From positions 17,266 through 81,265 of the IMG/VR virus record IMGVR_UViG_3300012001_000006: a stretch of DNA of 64,000 bases; one strand, 5' to 3'. This DNA comes from a virus. A program made the position numbers and the translations under genes. Shown one piece after another: positions 46,793 to 56,357 of the stretch (position 1 is the first letter of the stretch; each line of letters opens with the position of its first letter). The notes beneath the pieces were generated by a model that saw nothing but the letters and a program-made list of their open reading frames with translations, was not told the DNA's origin and searched no databases.

Positions 46793-47290
46793 CTAGCTGA
46801 GAGACTGCATGATTTCGCCCAAGGCAACCATCAGCATTTCGTCCATTTCTTTTTCCATCACCTGCTCGGCCGCGCGCTCCAGAAAGGCGCCACCGACAAG
46901 TTCCGGCTGACCAGATTGCTTCGCCTGCGACTCAGGGCCAGGCATCATGAAGCCGACCGGATACATATGCTCATTGACCTCGTACGCATAGTCGCCGACC
47001 GTCTTGCCTGGTCGATCCGGCACCGGCATATCGGTATCGACATACACAGCGACCTCTACCTTGCCATACGAGCCAAACTGTCCCGTGGCGCTGCGAGGCT
47101 GCTGTATGTCCCTGTCCGGCACCATCTTGATCGCCTCCTCCAAAAGACCGTGATCTCTTGGCGCCATCTTGACGGCTAAATCCTGGATCTTCGCGCCGGC
47201 GTCGACCATTTGGCGCACGACTGCTTTTTTGGCGGTCGATTCGAGCGTCAGAAACAACTCCCCATGCGTGCCGATAACCTCGACGCCCAT
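46793..47290 (-). CDS. Neck / tail completion protein (HK97 gp10-like)
   Basis: AVKMAPRDHGLL, YAYEVNE, FLERA. Confidence 0.7.
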   Translation of the reverse strand: MGVEVIGTHGELFLTLESTAKKAVVRQMVDAGAKIQDLAVKMAPRDHGLLEEAIKMVPDRDIQQPRSATGQFGSYGKVEVAVYVDTDMPVPDRPGKTVGDYAYEVNEHMYPVGFMMPGPESQAKQSGQPELVGGAFLERAAEQVMEKEMDEMLMVALGEIMQSLS

Positions 47291-47673
47291 TATGGCGCCT
47301 TGACGTAGGTAACTTCGAACATGGCGTTGAATTCGATCAGGTTGCCTTTCGACAGCGGGTATGCGACAGGCTCCGTTTTCGGCCGGCTGAATTTGAAATA
47401 AGCGTCCTCGACCTGCGTTTCGTTGAGCGTCAGGATAGCGATCACCCGATTCATCAAGGTCTCTGTCTCAGCGTACGAATGACCGCGGACGATGAGCTGG
47501 AACTCCGTGCGGAAGTAGCCAGGCATCTCGTAGTTGATCCTGGCGCCTGAAAGCGGATTGCGCAGCAAAATGGCTGATTCGGCTTCGGCCGGCATCATGT
47601 TCAGAAAGATGGACTCCCCGCGGACGCCAACACTTTCGCCTTCAAGAAGGTCAGCCAGCGGCATTAGGTTCAT
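47290..47673 (-). CDS. Tail terminator / completion protein
   Basis: FQLIVRG motif; position before the major tail gene. Confidence 0.65.
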   Translation of the reverse strand: MNLMPLADLLEGESVGVRGESIFLNMMPAEAESAILLRNPLSGARINYEMPGYFRTEFQLIVRGHSYAETETLMNRVIAILTLNETQVEDAYFKFSRPKTEPVAYPLSKGNLIEFNAMFEVTYVKAP

Positions 47674-48020
47674 TTCGCGCTCCACATTGATACGTCAACT
47701 TGATAGTGGTCGAGCTTGCCTTGCAGGTCGAACCGAGGGAACATGCCGCGAATGCGCAGGCTGTATCCGTTCAGCTTCACAATGTCGTCGATGCGGCCGC
47801 GGGTGGCCGCGGTCAGCAAAATAGTTGACATCGTTTCCAGCTCCAGAGCGCTGCCGCGCGAGGCTGAGCTGTCCGCGCGTACCGAGGACTTTTCGTTCTC
47901 GATCATCAGCTTGATGATAGAGCAGCGTTCCTTCACCAATTTGCCAGGGATCGGCTGACTGTAGATGTCGGTCTTGCCGGAAGTAAGCTGAATGAGGCAG
48001 TCGAGGTTCGGGCTAAACAT
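47670..48020 (-). CDS. Head closure / head-tail connector
   Basis: Position; beta-rich, GKLDHYQV. Confidence 0.65.
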   Translation of the reverse strand: MFSPNLDCLIQLTSGKTDIYSQPIPGKLVKERCSIIKLMIENEKSSVRADSSASRGSALELETMSTILLTAATRGRIDDIVKLNGYSLRIRGMFPRFDLQGKLDHYQVDVSMWSAK

Positions 48021-48681
48021 GAGATGGCATCCCCACCAGTTGCGCGCTGGCGTTCGGGTGAAAGATCGCGCTGCGCACCGAAGCGAGCGACGGGTATTCC
48101 GGCGTGCCGGTGAACGAGATCACCAAGCCGTTATAGACGTGCGTGGCGTCAGGGTAAGACACGACAGCGAGGTCGCCAATGGCGGCAAGGGTCGCCGCTT
48201 GCATGTCGATGAGGGTCTGGTAGGCAAAGTCGCGCGTAAGTGCCTTGACGAGCTTGCTGGCGTGCCAGACGCGGCCGGCGGAGTCGACCGCCTTGAAGTC
48301 TTGTTTATCCTGGGCCTGCTTCATCAGCGCGTCCATTGCGGCCGAGCCGCCATACAGCATCGACTTTGGTGCGCTGCCATTCTTGACGCGCAAAACTGAA
48401 TCGGTGAGGTTTTTGGTCGCGATGATGCGCAAAGCGGTCAGCAAGCGCCCTTGACGGTCGCGCTGGTCGCGCGAGACGACGCCATCGTCAAGGGTGATGA
48501 GGTAGTAGTCGGCCGCGTCACTGGCGGTCTTGACGAACGAGTTGACCGCGCGGTGGCCCTCAACCTGAAGCTGCGCGATCGACTGCGGCGTGACTGCCGT
48601 GCGCAGGCAGAGACCGGATAGCGCCAGGGTGAAAAGCGCGTAGTCGTTGCTGACCTGATTGGAAAATTGATCGAAGCGCAT
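48013..48681 (-). CDS. Putative head morphogenesis / minor capsid protein
   Basis: VDSAGRVW and IFHPNA motifs resemble minor capsid proteins. Confidence 0.55.
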   Translation of the reverse strand: MRFDQFSNQVSNDYALFTLALSGLCLRTAVTPQSIAQLQVEGHRAVNSFVKTASDAADYYLITLDDGVVSRDQRDRQGRLLTALRIIATKNLTDSVLRVKNGSAPKSMLYGGSAAMDALMKQAQDKQDFKAVDSAGRVWHASKLVKALTRDFAYQTLIDMQAATLAAIGDLAVVSYPDATHVYNGLVISFTGTPEYPSLASVRSAIFHPNASAQLVGMPSHV

Positions 48682-49523
48682 TATCGGCGTGAAATCGTTT
48701 TGGAGAACGTGACGAAATAGGACAGGTAGCTCAACGCGCGGCGCGAGACCGGCAGTTGCAGCGGCTTGCCTTGTCTGAACATCTGCTTCACTTCGCCGAT
48801 CGTCTCCAGCATCAGCCCTTGCTGGCGCTTCTGCTCAACTGGATCTCCGCCGAGAATGTTGTCGGCTTCGGCAAGTTGCGCCAGGTAGAGCGCGTTCAAG
48901 AACCTTGCCGGCAGTTTGACGAATTGCTCCGGCGTCAGGAATGCGATGTTGCCGTTAAACAGGAACATGCCGCCCTGCGTCGCGTATTGCGTCATGTAGA
49001 CGCCATCAGGGACGAAGGACAGGCTGTCCTGACCCCAAAACATATTCGAGTTCGTTTGCGTGAAGTTCAACTGGCAGATGCGAGAGCGGGCCTCAATCAG
49101 CGCCGTGATCCGGTCGGTGTCGTTGGCGGCGTCCCATCCAGGCGTATTGGGAACCGCCAGACTGGTGAACTCGGCCATCGAGTAGCTTTGAAAGGTGTTG
49201 ATGCCAACCTGCATCGGGTCGGTCAGTGCGACTGCGTAGGCGGCGCTGAGCGCGACGGTGTTGCCGAGAGCGTTCACGCATAGCAGCGACACCATACGCA
49301 TGTCGCGCGTGCTGCCGGCGGTCAGAGCGTTGGAGACCGCAGGGACGGTGACGCTTGCGTCCGTGTCGCCTGGGGTGTAGGTGAGCGCCTGCGAGGGTAC
49401 GAGTACCGTGCCGGCTTGATCCGTGACGCTGTACGTGATCGTCGAGACGCTGAGAGCGTTGCCGTTCTTATCGACCAGCGGCACCTTCAGCGTTACGTCC
49501 GTCCCTTGCAGGAAAACTTCCAT
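48681..49523 (-). CDS. Head-tail adaptor-like protein
   Basis: N-terminal Ig-like part, NTFQS..A, ETIGE; position after capsid. Confidence 0.6.
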   Translation of the reverse strand: MEVFLQGTDVTLKVPLVDKNGNALSVSTITYSVTDQAGTVLVPSQALTYTPGDTDASVTVPAVSNALTAGSTRDMRMVSLLCVNALGNTVALSAAYAVALTDPMQVGINTFQSYSMAEFTSLAVPNTPGWDAANDTDRITALIEARSRICQLNFTQTNSNMFWGQDSLSFVPDGVYMTQYATQGGMFLFNGNIAFLTPEQFVKLPARFLNALYLAQLAEADNILGGDPVEQKRQQGLMLETIGEVKQMFRQGKPLQLPVSRRALSYLSYFVTFSKTISRR

Positions 49524-49526
49524 TCT

Positions 49527-49982
49527 TTACCCCTTTGGCGCCTGTGACGCTTGCATGATGGCGGTGATCATCTCCGCGATTGAATTGCTCTTGACGCCCA
49601 ACGGGTCGGCAATCAGGCGCAAACCTTTGATGCCGTCAGCGTCGGCGACCGCGCTCAACTCCTCGACCGTGTAGCCTGACTTGGCCGGCGCCGACAAGAC
49701 CGCCGGTTCCGATGAGGGCGCTTGTGCGGAAGCTGCCGCTTCAATGTCGTGCTGCCCTTCCGCGCCCGATACGAACATTGGCGCCGATGTCTCAGCGTTA
49801 TCCAGAATCGCCTGGGCGACGGACGGGGAGCCGCCGTTTTCCCATTCGCACAACATGACCGCGGCCATGCGTACGGCATCAACCGGCAACACGTCGGCGA
49901 TAGAGAGGCCGTTTTCAAAATTGATGACGCCCATTTGGCCGTTATAGGTATTGAAACCTGCCTGCGTTATGCGGAGCTTCAT
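49527..49982 (-). CDS. Hypothetical virion-associated protein
   Basis: MKLRITQAGFNTYNGQMG.. paralogous to the neighbouring ORF; helical C-terminus. Confidence 0.7.
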   Translation of the reverse strand: MKLRITQAGFNTYNGQMGVINFENGLSIADVLPVDAVRMAAVMLCEWENGGSPSVAQAILDNAETSAPMFVSGAEGQHDIEAAASAQAPSSEPAVLSAPAKSGYTVEELSAVADADGIKGLRLIADPLGVKSNSIAEMITAIMQASQAPKG

Positions 49983-49991
49983 GGCGATTCC

Positions 49992-50243
49992 TTATACGGT
50001 TGGGGCTGGATTTGTGGCAGCATTAAAGTCGCCAGTATTGTCTTCAACATTAAGCTCGACGTTCGTCGTATTCAGTACGCCCGTATCGACGCCGGCGACA
50101 ACCTGGTCTACCAGATAGACCGCCGCAATGCCTGCCGCGCTCTGTTCGCTGACCTCGCCATCGGAGGTGCCATCGGTGAATGTCACGTTGCCAAGTTGGC
50201 CGGTGAAGTTTTCATAGCCAGGTTGCGTTAATTTAATTTTCAT
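49992..50243 (-). CDS. Hypothetical virion-associated protein
   Basis: MKIKLTQPGYENFTGQLG.. similar N-terminus to 49527-49982. Confidence 0.65.
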   Translation of the reverse strand: MKIKLTQPGYENFTGQLGNVTFTDGTSDGEVSEQSAAGIAAVYLVDQVVAGVDTGVLNTTNVELNVEDNTGDFNAATNPAPTV

Positions 50244-50261
50244 ACGTTTCTTTCAGATGTG

Positions 50262-50290
50262 AAAAAGGCAGGTCTTTTGAACCTGCCTTC
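50262..50290 (-). terminator. Rho-independent terminator after the major capsid gene
   Basis: AAAAAGGCAGGT-CTTTTGA-ACCTGCCTT. Confidence 0.75.
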
Positions 50291-50323
50291 TATTCTACGT
50301 CAGTACTGACTGATCAGCAAGAC

Positions 50324-51235
50324 TTAGATGTTGGTGACGCCTTTGCAGACGGCCAACGACCGTGTGGACTTCAGCGCGAGGCCGGTGTACCACTTGAGAC
50401 GGATGCGGGTAGCATCCTTGTTCTGCACGGTGCCGATGTTCTCGACCACGATACCGGCGTTTTCACCGCCCCACAGACCATGCAGACCGTCGAGTTCGTT
50501 CATGCGGACAGCGAACACGGAACAGGTTGCAACGTTGGTGCCTTGCGTTTCATCGCCAGGCAGGAACTCGTTCATGAGAATAGGAATGCCGTTGTGAGTC
50601 AACATCGGGCGACCGAAGTTTTCCATCATCTGCATGATGGCGTCGGTGCCGTAGGTGGCGCGCAGCAAAGCGCGATACGCACGGATGGTGCCGCGGCGCA
50701 TGACCAGTACATCGGCGCCGTTTGGAATTGCATCACACAGCTCGTCCATCATCGTCAGGGTCAGGGCATTGCCGTTGACGCCGGCCGAAGTGTGCTGCGA
50801 CGCTTCCAGGGTCGAAGCGATCTTCACGATGCCGTCGAACTGCTTGGTATTGACAGCGGAGTCGCCGTTTGCCAGCGCGCGGTGGAACTCGCGGCCAACA
50901 GTCTTTGCCTTCTTCGCGATCTGGATCGCAACTTGGTCGTTCGAGTCGCTCATCGTGGACGACAGGAATTTGTCGATATCAACGTCGCCAGCCAGGATCT
51001 TCAGCGAAGCGACGACTTCGGTGAAATTCGCAGACGATTCGTTCACAGCGTCGTTCGGGGAAAGCCAGTCGGCAGAACCGATGGAGTTTTCGCGGTTATA
51101 CACGTACGCTTTGCCGACCGTTTTCACGAAAGGCAGAACGGCGAACATATCGTCGCGGTCGATGATTTCGTCGATGACGCCCGAAATCAGTTGGTTGTTA
51201 CTCAGCAATGCGGCTTCAGTAGCTAACAGTGGCAT
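50324..51235 (-). CDS. Major capsid protein
   Basis: 303 aa after the scaffold; AYVYNRE, GDVDIDKF, FDG, GIPILMN, RLKWY; AAAGGA RBS. Confidence 0.88.
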   Translation of the reverse strand: MPLLATEAALLSNNQLISGVIDEIIDRDDMFAVLPFVKTVGKAYVYNRENSIGSADWLSPNDAVNESSANFTEVVASLKILAGDVDIDKFLSSTMSDSNDQVAIQIAKKAKTVGREFHRALANGDSAVNTKQFDGIVKIASTLEASQHTSAGVNGNALTLTMMDELCDAIPNGADVLVMRRGTIRAYRALLRATYGTDAIMQMMENFGRPMLTHNGIPILMNEFLPGDETQGTNVATCSVFAVRMNELDGLHGLWGGENAGIVVENIGTVQNKDATRIRLKWYTGLALKSTRSLAVCKGVTNI

Positions 51236-51354
51236 GACACGTCCTTTAAAAAGAATATAAAAAGAGTTTTCGGGGCCAAAGTCGCTCTCAGTCACCAATG
51301 GCTGAACAATACTCCATAATGGCAGAAAAGTCAATCACTGGTGACTTACTTAAT

Positions 51355-52236
51355 TTAGCGAACGACAGCTCCCAAAATGTTCAACGACGCCAGCCCTGCA
51401 CCAATCTTGCCCACAGTGTCACCGGCAAAGTCTTTCTTGCCGGTTGTCGTGGTGGCCTTCTTGGTTTCGGAGCCGGAGCCAGGCTTCACTTTGCTTTTCA
51501 GCAGGTGATCTTTGTCGGGGTCAGCCTCGATAATCTTGCGCATCGCGACTTCGAACCCTACGGCGTTGCCGAATTGGTCGACGAGTTCGGTGCGACCGGC
51601 TTCACCGCGCGGCTTATCGAAGGGAACCACCTTGCCGTCCACGACATCGAAGTGATCGCCATAAACCTTGCGAGCCTTGGATGGTGTCAGGGTTGATTCG
51701 GTGGCGATGAATTCGCTCTGGCTGAACTGCGAGCCAATCGACAGTTCGTCGATCGTGCCGGTGCTGGTCTTCAACTGTGCCTGGAGCGCGTCGATCCGTT
51801 CTTGCAGCGACTTGGTTTGCACCGTATGCTCTTCAGCCATGCGCGTGCGCAAACGCTCGAAATCGCCCTTCGCGAGAAGCTGCGCTTCCTCTGCGGTGCG
51901 TGCGTCTGCCAGCAACTTCTTGATGGCGGCCGGATCGACGCCTTCGAATTCTTTCAAACGATCCTGAGCTGCTGTGAGGTCGGTCTGAGTTTTCTTCAGC
52001 GCTTCCTTCTTCTGCATGACCTCCTTGAGCAAGGCAGCTTCGGCGTCGGTAGGTTTCGTGCCGGCTGCTTTTGCCGCCTCGGCTGCTGCGGCGGCTTCTG
52101 CTGCGGCTGTTGCGGCGGCTGCATCTGCGGCGGCTTTCGCTGCTGCTTCACCACCATCGCCACCGCCTTCAGGGACGACGCCCATCGACAGTGTTAAGCC
52201 AAACATCAGCATTTTCAGGAGTTTATTGATCTTCAT
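51355..52236 (-). CDS. Capsid scaffolding protein
   Basis: Ala-rich N-terminus, coiled coil, PGSGS; between portal and capsid. Confidence 0.8.
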   Translation of the reverse strand: MKINKLLKMLMFGLTLSMGVVPEGGGDGGEAAAKAAADAAAATAAAEAAAAAEAAKAAGTKPTDAEAALLKEVMQKKEALKKTQTDLTAAQDRLKEFEGVDPAAIKKLLADARTAEEAQLLAKGDFERLRTRMAEEHTVQTKSLQERIDALQAQLKTSTGTIDELSIGSQFSQSEFIATESTLTPSKARKVYGDHFDVVDGKVVPFDKPRGEAGRTELVDQFGNAVGFEVAMRKIIEADPDKDHLLKSKVKPGSGSETKKATTTTGKKDFAGDTVGKIGAGLASLNILGAVVR

Positions 52237-52312
52237 CGGTAGTGCCTTTCTCGACCAGTCTCTAGGTCAATGGTTAAAAAGCGAGTCATTCTCTAGGCTC
52301 GCGGTGGTGGAA

Positions 52313-53932
52313 TTAGACGTTAGCCAAGGTCTCTTTGGCCGTTTCTTTGTTTGCCGTCTTGGTGAGGGCTTGCTGATCGAGCGCCGGCTGAGCAGTTGCG
52401 GCGGCCATGTCGCCCGCCAGTTCTACCGGATCGATCGGCCAGTTCTTCAGTTCGGCCAACATTTTTGCTTTCAAATCTTTTGCCAGTTGTGGGAACAGCT
52501 TGTCGATGACGGTTTCCATTTGCTGCTGACGCACAGTGTCAGGCGCCGTGATCAGCATCAGACGGGCCGCGATATCGAACTCGTCATACAGGCCGCGCGT
52601 GTCGAAGTTGTCTGGGTACGAAACCAGATCGTCCTTCACGGCAGCTTCCTCGCCGTTCCACTTCGCGACCAGTCGGGCGAGCTTGTTTTCGAAGACCTCA
52701 AGGCTGTCCGCTTTCGCTTGCAAGAGAGCATTGACGCGATCGAAATCGTAGGCTTTGGCAACGCCGGAGCTGTTGTCAATGCCCATCGCGTTGTCCTGCT
52801 TGGTGCGTTCACCAGCTAGGCCAACGGTGTGATAAATCTCAGAAATAATCTTGTTGACGACGTTGAGGATCATCGCCGCCTGTTTCGGATCGGGCGACAG
52901 GTACATCGGAGCCGCACCGCCTTCGCCGTCGTACAGAAAGACGCGCTTGGTTCCCATGTCCACCATCTTGGTGTAGCTGTCTTCGCCAGGCAGCACGTTT
53001 TGTGCCGGCATCGCCAACTGCGAGAAGGTTTGATCCTGGATGATGGCGTCCAGGTTCGACAGGTAGTTTGCGGTCGCGCGATCCAGGTAAGCGATGTCAC
53101 TGATGAGCGACGGCGCCACGAAATCCTCGTCCGTGATCATGTGGTCGTGCAGGATGACCGGCACTTCGCCCAAGTTATGCGCGCCGTTACCGATCTCAAC
53201 CACCCGCTGCTTATTGCCCCTGCCCTGCAACTCGAACAGGCGCCAATCAGTTTTCGTCCAGAGGCGCCAGCGCGGGCTTTCCACACCGGTCGAATTGAGC
53301 GGATCAACGTCGTCGCGGCTCGACTCTTGGATCAAGATCCAGTTCAGTTCACCTTCGCTGTCGTAGGAATAGTCCAGCAGTTGTTCGGGACGCACCGCGT
53401 AAGCGTAGGTGCGAACACCCATCGCCTTTTCTTCTGCCTTGGAATTGACCTGCGTCGTTGCGGTGTTGTCCACCACGATGCCGATGCGACCGAAGACCGA
53501 CGCCTTCTTGCCGCACTGCCGCGCGAAGTCGCGAATCGACAGGCCGTTCTTGGTAGACTTCAACCAGAATGCTTTCACCGACTCTGGCGCGTCATCCGAG
53601 CGGACGATGTTTTGCTTGAAAAGGTATTTGTTCAGGAGATCCACAACCTCGCGGCTGTGGTTGAAGCGGTACGCGCGCTTGAGACGATCGGCATACTCGC
53701 CTGAACCTTCCTTGATGTATTGGAAGATATTCCCTTTGAACCACTCGCGACCACCCTCGTAGGTATCTTCCAGGAAGTCCCAATGCGCAAGGTTCTCCGC
53801 GTACTCAGGGTGCCGACGCGTGATCAACGCCTTCAGCTTCTTCTGATCGTCGGACATCGGCGCGATACCCGACGAAATGGCCGGATTGTTCGGGTCGATG
53901 GTCGCTGTACTGCCTGGTATAAGAATGTTCAT
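52313..53932 (-). CDS. Portal protein
   Basis: 539 aa after terminase; HNLGEVPV, SGVAKAYDF, VSYPDNF. Confidence 0.85.
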   Translation of the reverse strand: MNILIPGSTATIDPNNPAISSGIAPMSDDQKKLKALITRRHPEYAENLAHWDFLEDTYEGGREWFKGNIFQYIKEGSGEYADRLKRAYRFNHSREVVDLLNKYLFKQNIVRSDDAPESVKAFWLKSTKNGLSIRDFARQCGKKASVFGRIGIVVDNTATTQVNSKAEEKAMGVRTYAYAVRPEQLLDYSYDSEGELNWILIQESSRDDVDPLNSTGVESPRWRLWTKTDWRLFELQGRGNKQRVVEIGNGAHNLGEVPVILHDHMITDEDFVAPSLISDIAYLDRATANYLSNLDAIIQDQTFSQLAMPAQNVLPGEDSYTKMVDMGTKRVFLYDGEGGAAPMYLSPDPKQAAMILNVVNKIISEIYHTVGLAGERTKQDNAMGIDNSSGVAKAYDFDRVNALLQAKADSLEVFENKLARLVAKWNGEEAAVKDDLVSYPDNFDTRGLYDEFDIAARLMLITAPDTVRQQQMETVIDKLFPQLAKDLKAKMLAELKNWPIDPVELAGDMAAATAQPALDQQALTKTANKETAKETLANV

Positions 53933-53939
53933 TTTTTGG

Positions 53940-53969
53940 ATAATAACTCAGTAATGACTTAGTTGTCAA
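53940..53969 (-). promoter_or_regulatory. Sigma70-like promoter with palindrome in the spacer, upstream of portal
   Basis: TTGACA (53969-53964) - N18 - TATTAT; TAACTCA-GTAA-TGACTTA at 53944-53961. Confidence 0.7.
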
Positions 53970-53971
53970 GC

Positions 53972-55264
53972 CTATCGAGACAGGCCGCCAATATCAACCT
54001 TCCGCACCGGAAATTCCAGGTCGATGCAATATCCGCCAGCATCAGCGGAGTGTTCTACGCCGGCGGCTTTATCCACATCGCGCGAACCCTTTTTGTAGAT
54101 CGTTTGTTCCAGGGCGTTGATGAAGTGCTTGCACCGCTCATCGACGCGCATCCTGATGTTGCCATTGGCTGCACGCAACATCCGGTTCACGGCATTCACG
54201 CGGTCAGCGACGGCCGGATGCTTCCGGCGGTACTTGACGCGCTTGAAGCCCTTCTCGCGCAGGATGTCCACGTCGGTCTCGCCGCGGGCATGTTGTCGGG
54301 AGCCGCCGGCCGGATCGGGGTAGATGACGATCTGAAGCTGGTTGCGCCAGTAGCGCTTCTCCAGCTCCTCGCAAATCTCTTCAGTGTTGGATCCAAACAG
54401 CACGATTTCGTCGACCGCCCACAGTTCGCCGTTGTCCTGCGGCTGGAAGATCACGGTAGACATTGGGTCGATGTTGAAGTCCATCCCCACCCAGATCGGC
54501 AGCTTCGGGTTGAAGGCGTACTTGCCGACGTGTTCGCTGCGCTCGAACGGATAGTAGACGCGGCCGGACATGGTTTCGAAGCTGGCTTCGAACTCCTGCT
54601 TGAACGACTTCTCGTCCATGTCTTCGCGGGCCGCCTCGATTTCGGACAGCGGGATGAACGGCGACGTGATGGTCGGGAACTGCCAGGACTCCCACAGCTC
54701 CTTCTTGACGGCCATCGGATCTTGGCCGCGCTTGTACAGGTCGTAGAGGTAGTTGTATGCCTTCGGCGTGCCGATGAAGATGGCCTGGCCGCGGCGATCC
54801 GCCAGGGTCGGGCGCAAGACTTTCGTCCAGGTGTCTTCCGAGATGTCCTGAAACTCATCCAGCACAAGGAAGTCGACACCCACGCCGCGCAATGAGTCCG
54901 GCTTGTCGGCGCCCTTCAGCTCGATACGGGTGCCGTTGACCAGCGTGATCGCCAGGGTCGTTTCATTGATCTTGCGAATCCACTTCTTCGGAATGGCGTC
55001 CAGCAGGTCGATCCACATAATCTGCTTCGCCATCCGGTACGTTGGAGCGACGTACCAGATTTTGCGCTTCTTGACTTTGGCGCGCGTGATGATGAGGACG
55101 CGCGAGAGCGCGGTCTTGCCCCACCGGCGGCCAGCGACCACAACGCGAAAACGCGCTTTGGACTTGTAGACCTCCATCTGCTTCGTGTGCAGACTAAGCG
55201 TGCTGCGGGCCGCCACGTTATTCTTCGCCCTCGTTGACGATCCCGTCATCTGGATCGCCCTCAA
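53972..55264 (-). CDS. terL: Terminase large subunit
   Basis: AGRRWGKT, WYVAPTY, LRG, LVLDEF, FIGTP, FKQEFEASF, GMDFN, HSADA. Confidence 0.95.
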   Translation of the reverse strand: MRAIQMTGSSTRAKNNVAARSTLSLHTKQMEVYKSKARFRVVVAGRRWGKTALSRVLIITRAKVKKRKIWYVAPTYRMAKQIMWIDLLDAIPKKWIRKINETTLAITLVNGTRIELKGADKPDSLRGVGVDFLVLDEFQDISEDTWTKVLRPTLADRRGQAIFIGTPKAYNYLYDLYKRGQDPMAVKKELWESWQFPTITSPFIPLSEIEAAREDMDEKSFKQEFEASFETMSGRVYYPFERSEHVGKYAFNPKLPIWVGMDFNIDPMSTVIFQPQDNGELWAVDEIVLFGSNTEEICEELEKRYWRNQLQIVIYPDPAGGSRQHARGETDVDILREKGFKRVKYRRKHPAVADRVNAVNRMLRAANGNIRMRVDERCKHFINALEQTIYKKGSRDVDKAAGVEHSADAGGYCIDLEFPVRKVDIGGLSR

Positions 55265-55856
55265 GCCCGATTTGACCCACTGCTACGTCATCTAGGTCGC
55301 TGATGTCGCGGTCGCGCAGCTCTTTGATCTCTTCTGCGGTCAGTTCCGAGATAATCAGTTCTGGCAACTCGTCTGGATCCACCGCGTCCGGCCGGTCGAG
55401 ACCGAGAATGGCGAAGCGTTCGATTCGCATTCTTGCCAGGATGCTACCCGCCAGGTCGAGCGACTTCAGGGCCGGCTGGATCGACGCGAGCGGGGTGCCG
55501 GCCTTCTTCGCCGACAGGATCTCATTCCAGGTCAGGCGCGAGATCGCCGCGGCCATCTTGTAATGCTCTTCCTTCGTCTCGGTGATTCTGGCCACCAGGA
55601 TCGTCACCTCATTGACGGTCGTGCGCGCGATGGCCGCCGCGGCGCGCTTCTTGGCCGCATCGACGGTTGCGCCCTGCTTGACGCCGTGTTTGGTGAAGTA
55701 GCGCAAGAAGGTCGTTTCGCTCCGCGCGTACTTCTTGGCGAGACCTTCGAGCGTGGTGACGCCGCCTTCCCAAAGCGCGGTCGCTTCCGCCCACTGCTTC
55801 GGTGTCATGCGGGTCTTCGTCTTCGGTGTAGCTGCTGCTGGTTTCGGTGCTTTCAC
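55218..55856 (-). CDS. Terminase small subunit (putative)
   Basis: N-terminal HTH-like (WAEATALWEGG..LEGLAKKY); overlaps terL; GTG start after GAAAGG. Confidence 0.65.
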   Translation of the reverse strand: MKAPKPAAATPKTKTRMTPKQWAEATALWEGGVTTLEGLAKKYARSETTFLRYFTKHGVKQGATVDAAKKRAAAAIARTTVNEVTILVARITETKEEHYKMAAAISRLTWNEILSAKKAGTPLASIQPALKSLDLAGSILARMRIERFAILGLDRPDAVDPDELPELIISELTAEEIKELRDRDISDLDDVAVGQIGLEGDPDDGIVNEGEE

Positions 55857-55872
55857 AACATACCTTTCGGCC

Positions 55873-55898
55873 AAAAAAAAGGGCGCGGAGAGAGCGCC
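55873..55898 (-). terminator. Promoter-proximal terminator ahead of the packaging operon
   Basis: Minus strand GGGCGC-TCTCTCC-GCGCCC-T8. Confidence 0.7.
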
Positions 55899-55936
55899 CA
55901 TGTAGGAACGGTGATGTTGAATCCGCCCAGATGGTC

Positions 55937-55965
55937 ACTATAACTGAATTTACACATTTTATCAA
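55937..55965 (-). promoter_or_regulatory. Sigma70-like promoter with the 18-bp palindrome overlapping -35
   Basis: TTGATA (55965-55960) - N17 - TATAGT (55942-55937); palindrome at 55963-55980. Confidence 0.65.
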
Positions 55966-56279
55966 CTCATTACTGACTTACTCTCTGACAGCACAAAATG
56001 CAAGGCGCAGGCCAGCGCTTGGGAGCCTTTCTTGAACGACTTGGTGACGCACACTCCGCCTTTGTGATCGAAGATGCAGACGTGCCGGCGGTCTAGCGTT
56101 GGCTTCACATACGGGACGCGGTTCTCAAACTCCATGTACTCCGCGCTGATATCCGATCTGTTGCAAAAATCAGGAGCCGGTTGTTCTGTCAATTTCAACA
56201 TAGCCGCGATCTCAATGTTTGACTTGGGGCCAGGTATGAAGTCGGCCCCAACCTCCAAAATTTCTAAATTACTTTTCAT
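55962..56279 (-). CDS. Hypothetical protein
   Basis: 105 aa, AT-richer. Confidence 0.5.
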   Translation of the reverse strand: MKSNLEILEVGADFIPGPKSNIEIAAMLKLTEQPAPDFCNRSDISAEYMEFENRVPYVKPTLDRRHVCIFDHKGGVCVTKSFKKGSQALACALHFVLSESKSVMS

Positions 56280-56357
56280 ATTTAATAACTCATTACTTAG
56301 GTATTAAGGTTTATAGTATTTACGTAAGAGCTTGGGAGTCCCAAGTGGTTTTGAATG

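Noticed and set aside
474-55264. Inteins or introns in DnaE, helicase or terminase
   Set aside because: Lengths and motif spacing look normal; no intein splice motifs or LAGLIDADG blocks recognised
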